DNA of 64,000 nt, from NCBI GenBank assembly GCA_950097015.1, contig CATNEN010000001.1, positions 4,526,001-4,590,000 of the forward strand, written 5' to 3'. Numbering within the stretch: position 1 is the stretch's first letter; each line of letters starts with the position of its first letter. This document shows positions 25,916-38,776 of the stretch, in pieces. Source of the stretch: Macrostomum hystrix (lineage: Eukaryota > Animalia > Platyhelminthes). Under the pieces are notes generated by a model. It had not been told where the DNA came from. It saw only the letters and a program-made list of their open reading frames with translations, and ran no database searches. The position numbers were made by a program, and so were the translations under genes.

Positions 25916-26619
25916 TGATATCTATCAAGTCCTAGCTGAGGTATTGTATCTAACAGTATGTTTTAATCCAAACCTGTGTACTTGGCTTTATTATTTTTGG
26001 TTTTTCATTTATCAGCTGCACAGGACAAATAAAAGGAGCATGTTCTTTAGAAAAGGGATAATAGACTATAGATAAATTTCGTATATAAAATAGCCTTAGA
26101 GATAGTACTGAATGAGGATCTATGGGAGGACGATGCAATGAAGCCAAGGTAGATTGACAGAAAAAAAAAACAAATTTCTTATTCTGATAGGAAAGAATGC
26201 CTTTTCATTCCATCCCAATAGGAATCGTGTCCAAGCATAATAGATGCTAGTCAGTGTATCGTGTTTATTGAAGAATTAACCTAAACCATTCATTCATTGT
26301 CATTATCATTATTAACAATAAAAGTTTATTGGCTTCAAAGATATAATATCTCATCTTTTTAGCAATTCATCTTTATTATATTTTTCTCTACCATTGGGAA
26401 GGCAGGTATAGGTAGTCAAGGTGACACCGCCTAGCCCTCAGGAATGCTGTCAAGCGAAATAGAATCCCGGTAGGAATGTTTTGAGCTTGCAAAATGTAAG
26501 CCACACCCAACAGATAAACTGTAGGACATATCAGACCTAGGTCATTGCTTACGGCCTGAAATATGCGACTAAATTCATATAACGTAATAGTACATTGTTG
26601 TACGACCTAAAATAAAGGG

Positions 26620-27710
26620 TGGGGTATAAAGACAGGGATGGAGAGACAGGGGTAGTGAGGCAGGGGTAGAGAGAGAGGCTAGAGAGACAAAGGTTGAGAG
26701 ACAGGGGTAGAGAGTCAGGGGTAGAGAGACAGAGTATAGAAGCAGGGGTAGAACGACAAGGGTAGCGAGGCAGGGGTAGAACGACAAGGGTAGAGAGGCA
26801 GGGGTAGAACGACAAGGGTAACAAGACAGGGGTAGAGAGACGGGGGTAGAGAGACAGGGGTAGAGAGACAGGGGTATAGAGACAGGGGTAGAGAGACAGG
26901 GTAGAGAGGCAGGGGTAGTGAGACAGGGGTAGAGAGACAGGGGTGTTGTAAATGAGAGGCAGTAGCCTTGCATAGAGGTTGTAGCCTAGTATAGAGGTTG
27001 TAGCCTAGTGGCTAGGTCGTCGGACTCACGACTTGAAGGTCGGGGGTTCGATTCCCGACTCCACTGGAACAATTTGCGTCCTTTAGCAAGACACTTAACT
27101 CTGCATTGCTTCAGTTCACCCAGCTGTTAAATGGGTACCAGCATCAGCTGGGATAATTGAAGGTGGGTGTGGCGTCCCCCCAGTCCGTGGACTGAACAGC
27201 TGTACGCAGCCTTCAGATGCGCCGCGCATTAGCTGCGGCTGTGCTGTCGGCTGCACATCTGACCCAATTGGGGCAGGTGTAATCAATTATTATTAAATTA
27301 TTGTAAATGAACAATAGCTAGTCAGCCAAGTTAGTAGCCGAAACTCTCACGCCAAGTTGGCTCTCAGTTATTGGACTATATAATCTGCGCCAATCGATAT
27401 CAGAGAACATGTCCCCATGTACGAACTATGTACGTGCATTAATCAACTACACAACAAGGGGTAGTGAGACAGGGGTAGAGAGACAGGGGTAGAACGACAA
27501 GGGTAGAGAGACAAGGGTAGAGAGACAGGGGTAGAGCGACAAGGGTAGAGAGACAGGGGTAGAGAGACAGGGGTAGAGAGACAGGGGTAGAGAGACAGGG
27601 GTAGAGAGACAGGGGTAGAGAGGCAGGGGTAGAGAGGCAGGTGTACAGAGACAGGGGTAGAGAGACAGGGGTAGAGAGACAGGGGTAGAGAGGCAGGGGT
27701 AGAGACAGTA
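26620..27710. repeat. 14-bp minisatellite (GGGGTAGAGAGACA)n in two blocks (26620-26945, 27455-27710) separated by a SINE
   Basis: Direct reading. Confidence 0.9.
26994..27295 (+). mobile_element. tRNA-derived CORE-type SINE (family B)
   Basis: A-box TAGCCTAGTGG and B-box GGTTCGATTCC; central CCTTTAGCAAGACACTTAACTCTG...CAGTTCACCCAGCTGTTAAATGGG resembles the MIR/CORE domain; (ATT)n tail; second copy at 57178-57449. Confidence 0.85.
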
Positions 27711-28291
27711 ATGGAGATAACATTCTATAGTTGGTCAATTAAAAGTTAACAGTACAAGCAATGCCGGCTAACAGAAGAACAAAATTGTAAGCCCTTTTAA
27801 TATCAGCACGAAGATACTATTCACAAAGCAATTTTCTGCTAGAGTTACGAATTGCATGCATTTTCTGGATTTCATTGGCGAGAAGAATAAAAGTCTATTG
27901 CTAAGAATTCAATAGTTAAGGTGTCTTACAATAACAAATTCAAAGTCCTCTAATTTTTCCTGGGTTTTCCGTTTTCACGAGGTTGTTGAAGAAAACTACG
28001 AAGTATATTCCAGCTTTAAGTATTGAAGTGTTCTCTCAATAAATATGGCGAAAATATGCTTTGGCTTTTGTTTCCAAGGAATCCTTTCAGTTTCTCCCCT
28101 CTAAAACAGCATATCTACTAGTTCTGGATGCAAGGAAGAAAATTCAAGAGCCTATTGTATCTCGGCGCGACTACATTGTTGCTTTCTTAAGTCGCTTTCC
28201 AGAAGCATTTATCTTTTTTGCTTGCAATATTTTTTTCACACTTAAATAACTTGTCAGTCTTTCACTGTCAACCATCTATTTGTCACTCCTG

Positions 28292-29110
28292 TATCCATCC
28301 ATCCATCCATCCATCCATCCATCCATCCATCCATCCATCCATCCATCCATCCATCCATCCATCCATCCATCCATCCATCCATCCATCCATCCATCCATCC
28401 ATCCATCCAACCATCCATCCATCCATCCAACCATCCATCCATATATCTATCCATCCATCTATCCATCCATCCATCCATCCATCCATCCATCCATCCATAT
28501 ATCTATCCATCCATCAATCCATCCATCCATCCATCCATCCAGCCATCCATCCATCCATCCATCCATCCATCCATCCATCCATCCATCCATCCATCCAACC
28601 AACCATCCAACTATCCATCCATCCATCCATCCATTCATCCATCCATCCAGCCATCCATCCAGCCATCCATCCATCCATCCATCCATCCATCCATCCATCC
28701 ATCCATCCATCCATCCATCCAGCCATCCATCCATCCATCCATCCATCCATCAATCCATCCATCCATCCATCCATATATCTATCCATCCATCCATCTATCC
28801 ATCCATCCATCCATCCATCCATCCATCCATCCATCCATCCATCCATCCATCCATCTACCCATCCATCAATCCATCCATCCATCCATCAATCCATCCATCC
28901 ATCCATCCATCCATCCATCCATCTACCCATCCATCAATCCATCCATCCATCCATCAATCCATCCATCCATCCATCTACCCATCCATCAATCCATCCATCC
29001 ATCCATCCATCCATCCATCCATCCATCCATCTACCCATCCATCAATCCATCCATCCATCCATCCATCCATCCATCCATCCATCTACCCATCCATCAATCC
29101 ATCTATCTAT
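28292..29110. repeat. (CCAT)n microsatellite
   Basis: Direct reading. Confidence 0.97.
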
Positions 29111-29434
29111 ATATCTATGTATCTGTTGAGCATCTATGACAATATAGTCGTTTGTTTTTAAGAAACTCCTATTGCATTTCCAGGACCCGAAAATTATAGA
29201 TACATGAAAAAGGCGTATATCCATATGTGTTTCATTTTCTCTTCCAATAATTTTCTATCAAATAGCTCAGAATATCAACTAACACAGCTGCCACATGCAG
29301 TTGGCATGTCCTGTTTGGCGGAATAACCACGCGTTGCAGAAGGCCCTATATATCCCTGCTCAATTCTGCTGAAATGGCTTCTTAGTTGCTAGGGCTATAT
29401 CATCGATTTATATATAGACTGGACGCTTCCATGA

Positions 29435-29960
29435 TACCCTCTCTCCCCTGTATTTTACCCTCTCTTACAGTCTTTTACCTCTCTTCCCGGTCGTTTACCC
29501 TCTCTTCCCTGTATTTTACCCTCTCTTCCCTGTATTTTACCCTCTCTTCCCCTGTCTTTTACCCTCTCTTCCCGGTCTTTTACCCTCTCTTCCCCTGTAT
29601 TTTACCCTCTCTTCCCTGTATTTTACCCTCTCTTCCCCTGTCTTTTACCCTCTCTTCCCGGTCTTTTACCCTCTCTTCCCCTGTATTTTACCCTCTCTTC
29701 CCTGTATTTTACCCTCTCTTCCCCTGTCTTTTACCCTCTCTTCCCGGTCTTTTACCCTCTCTTCCCCTGTATTTTACCCTCTCCTTCCCTCTATTTTACC
29801 CTCTCTCCCCTGTCTTTTACCTTCTTTCCCCTGTATTTTACCTTCTTTCCCTGTATTTTACCCTCTCTTCCCCTGTATTTTACCCTCTCTTCCCCTCTAT
29901 TTTACCCTCTCTTCCACTGTATTTTACCCTCTCTTCCCCTCTATTTTACCCTCTCTTTCT
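29435..29960. repeat. ~21-22-bp pyrimidine minisatellite (TTTTACCCTCTCTTCCCCTGT(A/C))n
   Basis: Direct reading. Confidence 0.93.
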
Positions 29961-30629
29961 GTTTTTGTCCTGTATTTTATCCTCATCATCTCATCTCAGC
30001 CTCAGATCCCCAGGTATTTGTCAGTTTCCACAGTGAGTTCTGGCACATCCAATCCTTTTCTCTCTGTATCCGTAGCTGGGCTAATTAGATTTTCGTTTAA
30101 TTTAGAATCAGGTGGTAAAATTAATCCGCATAGCACATAGTCGAGTATTAGAAATGCTACAAAGTTGACTAAACCAAAAGAAAAATCCCTTTAGATAAGC
30201 TCGAATGCTTCTGTTTCTGTTGCGAAATAGCGAATAGCTCTTAGGCAGGTAGGCAGGTAGGACAAATCTTTAAAGACGGGGCGGGCAAAGCGCAAATTAG
30301 TGTGGCGCTCGAAAAAAAACATCACGAAAGAAAATGACAGGAGAGAAGAAGGCACAGGTTGACATGCCGAATAGGAATGAGCAAATTTGTTAGGCGGGTA
30401 AAAAATACCAGGCCACAAGGAAAGCACTTCCTCCTCAGTTTGAGCTACAAACTTCTTTTGATGCATACTTTGTTTTCTTTAACAAGTCAAACTAAAAATA
30501 GTACAAACTTTGAAAACATTATATGATCCTGTTCATTTTCGAATTGATCGACCAACTAACTCCACGACCCCAGTTTGATTAGAAAGAAATAAGTGTGAAT
30601 TTCACACCCTATTCAGTTTCTCCGCTTTA

Positions 30630-31070
30630 GGGCGGTTAACCAAACAAACACCCCTGACCCCACTATATCGAGTTTCTTCACTTTGGGTTTGTCTAACCAA
30701 CCCACCACCCTATTACAAACCCTGACTCCCTTTCCAGTCTCTGCACTTTGGGCTTGACCAACCGACCCACCACCCCATTCCACACCTCTTTCCATTCGCT
30801 TCACTTAGGGGTTGACGAAACCACCCACCACCCCATTCCACACCTCTTCCCAGTCGCTTCACTTTGGGCTTGACCAAACAACCCACCACCCCATTCTACA
30901 CCTCTTTCCAGTCGCTTCACTTTGGGCTTGACCAAACAACCCACCACCCCATTCTACACCTCTTTCCAGTCGCTTCACTTTGGGCTTGACCAAACAACCC
31001 ACCACCCCATTCTACACCTCTTTCCAGTCGCTTCACTTTGGGCTTGACCAAACAACCCACCAGCCCATTC
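30630..31070. repeat. 58-bp C-rich tandem repeat just upstream of innexin B exon 2
   Basis: Unit CTTTCCAGTCGCTTCACTTTGGGCTTGACCAAACAACCCACCACCCCATTCTACACCT; copies are more degenerate on the left. Confidence 0.92.
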
Positions 31071-31126
31071 TTAACAAGCCACAGATTGAATGATCCAACC
31101 CCTCTACGAATCCCTCCATCCAACAG

Positions 31127-31793
31127 GCAAGCCAATTCAGTGCTGGATTCCGCAGGAATTCACCCGTGGTTGGGAAGAATATGCCGAGAACTACTGCTGG
31201 GTGGCGAACACCTATTATGCTTCGGTACCGGACGAGCATCTGCCTGCTCAGCACCTGCGCAAGAATCGCATGATCACCTACTACCAATGGGCTCCAATTG
31301 TACTAGCTGTGCAGGCGTTAATGTTCTACCTTCCCTGTCTGATTTGGCGCCTATTTATGAATTATTCCGGATTCAATGTACGCAAGATACTACAGATGGC
31401 AACAGACGCTAATGTTGTGATTCCTGAAGCGCTGAACAAGAATGTTCGCTTCATGGCCAGGTACATGGAGGGCTGCATCTATCGACAGAGAGAATATCGT
31501 CGAGGTGTTGGCGTACGAGTCAAACACTGCCTAGCCAAGTGTAGCTGCCTCTGCTGCGGCAAGAGATACGGCAATTTTCTAGTAGTACTGTACTTCTTCA
31601 TCAAAGTCTTGTACCTGCTGAACGTGTTTGGTCAGCTCTATATAATGGAGAAATTCGTCGGCACAACTTACACATTCTTTGGATTTCAAGTGCTTCGTGA
31701 CCTATTCCAAGGAGTGCAATGGTACCAGTCGTCTAATTTTCCACGGGTCACTTTCTGCGACCTGCAAGCCAAGAAGATTGGTCAGAACCATCA
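31127..31793 (+). CDS. inx: Innexin B, coding exon 2
   Basis: Acceptor CAACAG|; GKPIQCWIPQEFTRGWEEYAENYCWVANTY, YYQWAP, CCGKRYGNFL, FPRVTFC; donor CA|GTGAGT, phase 2. Confidence 0.95.
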
Positions 31794-31914
31794 GTGAGTA
31801 GATCTTTACTGTCTTTTAAACCACTATCATAATAATACTCAAGGAAAAACTATAAATAGATTATCCGATCTCAGAACAGACAAAAAATCGATTATCAATC
31901 ACAAAATAGAAAAA

Positions 31915-34015
31915 AATGGAGGACCAATCTACCCTCGTAAATAGAGAATGAGAATTGAGGACCAATCTATATAGAGAATTAGAAATTGAGGACCAATCAA
32001 AATAGAGAATGAGAAATTGAGGACCAATCTAAATAAAGAATGAGAAATGGAGGACCAATCTAAAAAGAGAATGAGAAATTGAGGTCCAATCTAAATAAAG
32101 AATGAGAAATTGAGGACCAATCTAAATAAATAATTAGAAATTGAGGACCAATCTAAAAAGAGAATGATAAATTGAGGACCGATCTAAATAAAGAGAAATT
32201 GAGGATCAATCTAAATAAAGAATGAGAAATTGAGGACCAATCCAAATAAAGAATGATGAATGGAGGACCAATCTAAATAAAGAATGATAAATGGAGGACC
32301 AATCCAAATAAAGAATGATAAATGGAGGACCAATCTAAATAAAGAATGAGAAATGGAGGAAAAATCTAAATAGAGAATGATAAATTGAGGATCAATCTAA
32401 ATAAAGAATTAGAAATTGAGGACCAATCTAAATAAAAAATGATAAATGGAGGACCAATCTAAATAAAGAATGATAAATGGAGGACCAATCTAAATAAATA
32501 ATTAGAAATTGAGGACCAATCTAAATAGAGAATGATAAATTGAGGACCGATCTAAATAAAGAGAAATTGAGGATCAATCTAAATAAAGAATTAGAAATTG
32601 AGGACCAATCTAAATAAAGAATGAGAAGTTGAGGACCATTCTAAATAAAGAATGATAAATTGAGGACCAATCTAAATAAAGAATGATAAATGGAGGACCA
32701 ATCTAAATAAATAATGAGACATTGAGGACCAATCTAAATAGAGAATGAGAAATTGAGGACCAATCAAAATAGAGAATGATAAGTGGAGGACCAATCTAAA
32801 TAAAGAATGATAAATGGAGGACCAATCTAAATAAAGAATGAGAAATTGAAGACCAATCTAAATAAATAATGATAAATTGAGGACCAATCTAAATAAAGAA
32901 TTAGAAATTGAGGACCGATCTAAATAAAGAGAAATTGAGGATCAATCTAAATAAAGAATTAGAAATTGAGGACCAATCTAAATAAAGAATGAGAAGTTGA
33001 GGACCATTCTAAATAAAGAATGATAAATTGAGGACCAATCTAAATAAAGAATGATAAATGGAGGACCAATCTAAATAAATAATGAGACATTGAGGACCAA
33101 TCTAAATAGAGAATGAGAAATTGAGGACCAATCAAAATAGAGAATGATAAGTGGAGGACCAATCTAAATAAAGAATGATAAATGGAGGACCAATCTAAAT
33201 AAAGAATGAGAAATTGAAGACCAATCTAAATAAATAATGATAAATTGAGGACCAATCTAAATAAAGAATTAGAAATTGAGGACCGATCTAAATAAAGAGA
33301 AATTGAGGATCAATCTAAATAAAGAATTAGAAATTGAGGACCAATCTAAATAAAAAATGATAAATGGAGGACCAATCCAAATAAAGAATGATAAATGGAG
33401 GACCAATCTAAATAAAGAATGATAAATGGAGGACCAATCTAAATAAAGAATGATAAATGGAGGACCAATCTAAATAAAGAATTAGAAATTGAGGACTAAT
33501 CTAAATATAGAATGAGAAATTAAGGACCAATCTAAATAGAGAATGAGAAATTGAGGATCAATCTAAATAGAGAATGAGAAATTGAGGACCAATCTAAATA
33601 AATAATTAGAAATTGAGGACCAATCTAAATAGAGAATGATAAATTGAGGACCGATCTAAATAAAGAGAAATTGAGGATCAATCTAAATAAAGAGTTAGAA
33701 ATTGAGGACCAATCTAAATAAAAAATGATAAATGGAGGACCAATCCAAATAAAGAATGATAAATGGAGGACCAATCTAAATAAAGAATGATAAATGGAGG
33801 ACCAATCTAAATAAAGAATTAGAAATTGAGGACTAATCTAAATATAGAATGAGAAATTAAGGACCAATCTAAATAGAGAATGAGAAATTGAGGATCAATC
33901 TAAATAGAGAATGAGAAATTGAGGACCGATCTAAATAAAGAGAAATTGAGGACCAATCTAAATAGAGAATGAGAAATTGAGGACCGATCTAAATAAAGAG
34001 AAATTGAGGACCAGT
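31915..34015. repeat. 31-bp minisatellite (GAATGAGAAATTGAGGACCAATCTAAATAAA)n with a 368-bp higher-order period
   Basis: A diagnostic shortened monomer (GACCGATCTAAATAAAGAGAAA) recurs at 32181, 32549, 32917, 33285 and 33653. Confidence 0.95.
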
Positions 34016-34509
34016 TCTAAAAATGCCGCTCAAAATCATGCTTAAAATAGTTTTTTTAACAAAAATGCCGTAAATAGAAAATATTGCCGTATTATGGCAT
34101 TGAAAAGGAAATAATTCAAAAGATCATAAACCGGATCTGCTTTTTGCGAAGTCTCATCTAAAGTCCCTTGAGACAAGCAGGCAGGCCGAAGTTAAAAAAG
34201 TAATGTAGCTTTTTTTAATAGACGCTACATAAAAAACTCGAGTTATTCTCAATCTTAAGGATGATACCTTCGAAGATGCGTTTTCGAAAAATTTATGACG
34301 TCATAAAAATTTAGGCAAATTGTCTTTCAAGACGAACCTGCAAAGATAAAAGTGGAATTATCAATAATTCAATTACGAGCCATACTGCGATAATTGGCCT
34401 TTGTTAGCTCGACTCATGGTTTATTTGATCATTTTTAATTAGGTGAACTATTAATATCCCACATGCGGGCAAGAACCCAGACTTACTGCCCCATTAAAAC
34501 ACAGCGTAA

Positions 34510-35905
34510 TCTCTCCCGTGTCTTATCTCATACCTGTCTCATCTCTCCCGTGTCTTATCTCATACCTGTCTCATCTCTCCCGTGTCTTATCTCATACCTG
34601 TCTCATCCCTCCCGTGTCTTATCTCATACCTGTCTCATCCCTCCCGTGTCTTATCACATACCTGTCTCATCTCTCCCGTGTCTTATCTCATACCTGTCTC
34701 ATCCCTCCCGTGTCTTATCACATACCTGTCTCATCCCTCCCGTGTCTTATCTCATACCTGTCTCATCTCTCCCGTGTCTTATCTCATACCTGTCTCATCT
34801 CTCCCGTGTCTTATCTCATACCTGTCTCATCTCTCCCGTGTCTCATCTCATCCCTGTCTGATCTCTTCCGTGTCTCATCTCATACCTGTCTCATCCCTCC
34901 CGTGTCATATCACATACCTGTCTGATCTCTTCTGTGTCTCATCTCATACCTGTCTCATCTCTCCCGTGTCTCATCTCATCCCTGTCTCATCTCTCCCGTG
35001 TCTTATCACATACCTGTCTCATCCCTCCCGTGTCTTATCACATACCTGTCTGATCTCTTCTGTGTCTCATCTCATACCTGTCTCATCTCTCCCGTGTCAT
35101 ATCACATACCTGTCTCATCCCTCCCGTGTCATATCTCATACCTGTCTGATCTCTTCTGTGTCTCATCTCATCCCTGTCTGATCTCTCCCGTGTCTTATCT
35201 CATACCTGTCTGATCTCTTCTGTGTCTCATCTCATCCCTGTCTGATCTCTCCCGTGTCTTATCTCATCCCTGTCTCATCTCTCCCGTGTCTTATCACATA
35301 CCTGTCTCATCCCTCCCGTGTCTTATCACATACCTGTCTGATCTCTTCTGTGTCTCATCTCATACCTGTCTCATCTCTCCCGTGTCATATCTCATACCTG
35401 TCTGATCTCTTCTGTGTCTCATCTCATCCCTGTCTGATCTCTCCCGTGTCTTATCTCATACCTGTCTGATCTCTTCCGTGTCTTATCTCATACCTGTCTG
35501 ATCTCTTCTGTGTCTCATCTCATACCTGTCTCATCTCTCCCGTGTCATATCACATACCTGTCTCATCCCTCCCGTGTCTTATCACATACCTGTCTGATCT
35601 CTTCTGTGTCTCATCTCATACCTGTCTGATCCCTCCCGTGTCTTATCTCATACCTGTCTCATCTCTCACCGTGTCATATCACATACCTGTCTGATCTCTT
35701 CTGTGTCTCATCTCATACCTGTCTGATCCCTCCCGTGTCTTATCTCATACCTGTCTGATCTCTCCCGTGTCTCATCTCATACCTGTCTGATCTCTCCCGT
35801 GTCTTATCTCATACCTATCTGATCTCTCCCGTGCCTTATCTCATACCTGTCTCATCTCTCCTGTGTCTTATCTCATACCTGTCTCATCTCTCCCGTGTCT
35901 CTCTC
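34510..35905. repeat. 32-bp (2x16) minisatellite (TCTTATCTCATACCTGTCTCATCTCTCCCGTG)n
   Basis: Direct reading. Confidence 0.95.
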
Positions 35906-36963
35906 CCGCCTCTGCAAACCTTGCCAATTGCGTATTAAACAATTTCAGTTATACTTAGTCAGGCTTCATCATCTCAAAGGTAGCAGATTTGCAGTGGTAA
36001 TTTGAGAACTCTCATACCATATGGTGGGGTTTTCAAAGATTTCAGTACTGCCCGCTGCTGTAGGATACAGAAGGAGACGAAGCCAGATGTCACACAGGAT
36101 GCCCAAACAGCCTCAGCATATTGGAGGAATTTGACACCGAACTGCAGGGTAAAAGCAAAATATAGTCGGAATCCCAGCATATCCGCCTGCATTTTCAAGG
36201 TGAAAGACGAGAAAGCCAATGTTTCATAATCTATGAGCTGAGCACATTCCATCTCTCTCTCTCTTTGCATAGAGACTATTAATCTTTTCAGTTATTTCCA
36301 CCTCCTTGGCAACTCACATTTGAGCACGATTATTAGGCAATAAGGTGTACAATACACGAAAAATTTGTGCATAACATGCTATTGGCCAATTGTGTGAAAC
36401 AACGAGTCGTTTAACATGCAGAAGAAAGACGGCGGGGTATTTCAAATAGCACAATTTTTATTGCTCAATGCTCAATTACTACTCAATGCTTGGTTTTCTT
36501 GCTTAAATCATGCGCGACTATGATTGGGCCATAGACAAAAAATCCCTAAATGAATGCGGCCTAGCCGCGGAATCGAGCTCAGGGGCCCAATAGGATTCTA
36601 CATAGAAGGCCAATTTTTTATGACTGATCGCACCAACTGTCGTATTTCCAGGAAAGAATGCGAAAATATGCGCTTCATTGGTTAGCCACCCAAGCTATGA
36701 AAGTTTTTTTCATAGTCATTTCAGATTTTTCTGTTAGACCCGCGGGGGGGAATTCGGCGAGGGTGGATAAATCATTCAGGTTGGTGGGTATCTCAGCTAA
36801 TTCGTGCGCAAGTGCACATGGGTGGAATAATTGACTTGCTGTGTAATGCAGAATCTAACTCACTGCCACTGATCATCATTCTCTACTAGTCAATCATTAG
36901 TTTTGGTTGCTTGGGTTCAATGAAAAGCTTCTAACGATAGAAAATAAGTTAGAAAATTAAATG

Positions 36964-37255
36964 AGTGACAGAGTGACAGAGTGACAGAGTAACAGAGTGA
37001 CAGAGTAACAAAGTGACAAAGTGACAGTCGACAAAGTGACAGTCGACAAAGTGACAGTCGACAAAGTGACAGTCGACAAAGTGACAGTCGACAAAGTGAC
37101 AGTCGACAAAGTGACAGTCGACAAAGTGACAGTCGACAAAGTGACAGTCGACAAAGTGACAGTCGACAAAGTGACAGTCGACAAAGTGACAGTCGACAAA
37201 GTGACAGTCGACAAAGTGACAGTCGACAAAGTGACAGTCGACAAAGTGACAGTTT
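36964..37255. repeat. 15-bp near-perfect minisatellite (GTGACAGTCGACAAA)n preceded by (GAGTGACA)n
   Basis: Direct reading. Confidence 0.96.
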
Positions 37256-38776
37256 GCCCAGGCCCAGTAAAAATGTATTTTAATGCCAAATGTTTCGGTG
37301 TAAAATGGACTGCACACTGATGAAAGACTGCATTTCAAAAATCTAATCATAGCTAAAGTTCACTCATAAATAGGCGACGCGAGACGGACAAGTCACTCAC
37401 TTCGTCATGCTAATACATGCACTTGAGATACTAGTTAGAGAGCGCAAAATACTTTCTCTCTGAAAGAGTAATGTACGAGTATCAAGTGAGAGAGTTAGAG
37501 GGAGATTTCGTGAGTGAAAGTGTATATAATTGCTGCAGCATGGTGGCAGCAATAGGAACACGGACTCTGAGCGTGTGTGCTCGCATTATAATACGCGGAA
37601 AGAAAAAGATTTTTGCCACGTGCCGAACAGGAGGGAAACTATAGGGGAGGATCGGAGGGCCGGGTGCCTAGCTTCCGGGCTCTGATCCCGCGTGCTCAAC
37701 ATTGAGTACGCGTGTCGGATTCAAGAATAAGAGTGAGGCTGAGGGTGAAAAAAATGGCGAAACGCGGAGAAGCTGGAGCAGGAGAAGGTTTGAAGCCTTT
37801 CAAGCTAATTGCAGAACAGGCTCGCTTAGCTGATAGACCTTGGCTTTGGGGGCATAATATTGCTTGATGCGCACTGAACCCTGAGAATTCGGAAATTAGG
37901 AAAGTCACAGAACTTGCTTGCATACGAGTAATTGGGAGGTCGATGCTGTTCGGGAGATCTGTAGTAGGGATCTAATATAGGAGACTTATAGAAGGCTATT
38001 TTAATGACCATTAATGAAAATCACTTAAAAAATAGATTATCATTTCGTACTTCATAATTATAGTAAAAATTGAAGTTCTACAAGTAATTGTTCAGAACTC
38101 AGTAAATAATTGGATGAGTTGGCCGATTCTGGGAGTAAATTGTCTCGCCAAAAATCATCGCCGAACGAAAAATATTGGCCTATAAGCTGACGAGCAGCAT
38201 TATAAATGAAAAAATGGGAAAATTGCCACTGATTGTAGAACAAGTATTAAACAATGAACTCTAATGCCCAATCAAAGCGGGAGGAACTTTTTCGGAGGAG
38301 TATTGAAGATGAAAAGCTCTTAACTCGGTGGAGGAGCCGCTGGTTCGATTCCCAGCTCCTCTGGAGTAATTAGTGTCCTTCAGCAGGACCGTTTAACACT
38401 AGAAAGACCACTGGGTAGACAAGAACAGACAGCCTCATTTTTATTTTTGGTATCTCCCAGAATATAAAATCAATCATTAAAATTCAGATCATGAGCTAAT
38501 AGTTTACTCTCTATCCGATAAACAAATCACAGAATCACAAAATATAGGCATAATTTTTCTGCTCGCAGAATTTCGTCATGTATTTATGTCAGCCATTGTT
38601 GCAGGTTTTATTTTATTAATAATTATTAATTAGCTTGATCTTTGTAGTACAGTTGACTCTGTATTTCTGTTCAACCAGCTGTCAAATGGGTACCAGAATT
38701 ATCTGGATTTCTTTGAATATACGAAAGCTGGCTCATATCCGTTCTCTATCTGCCTACTATCAACAACACATTTCAG

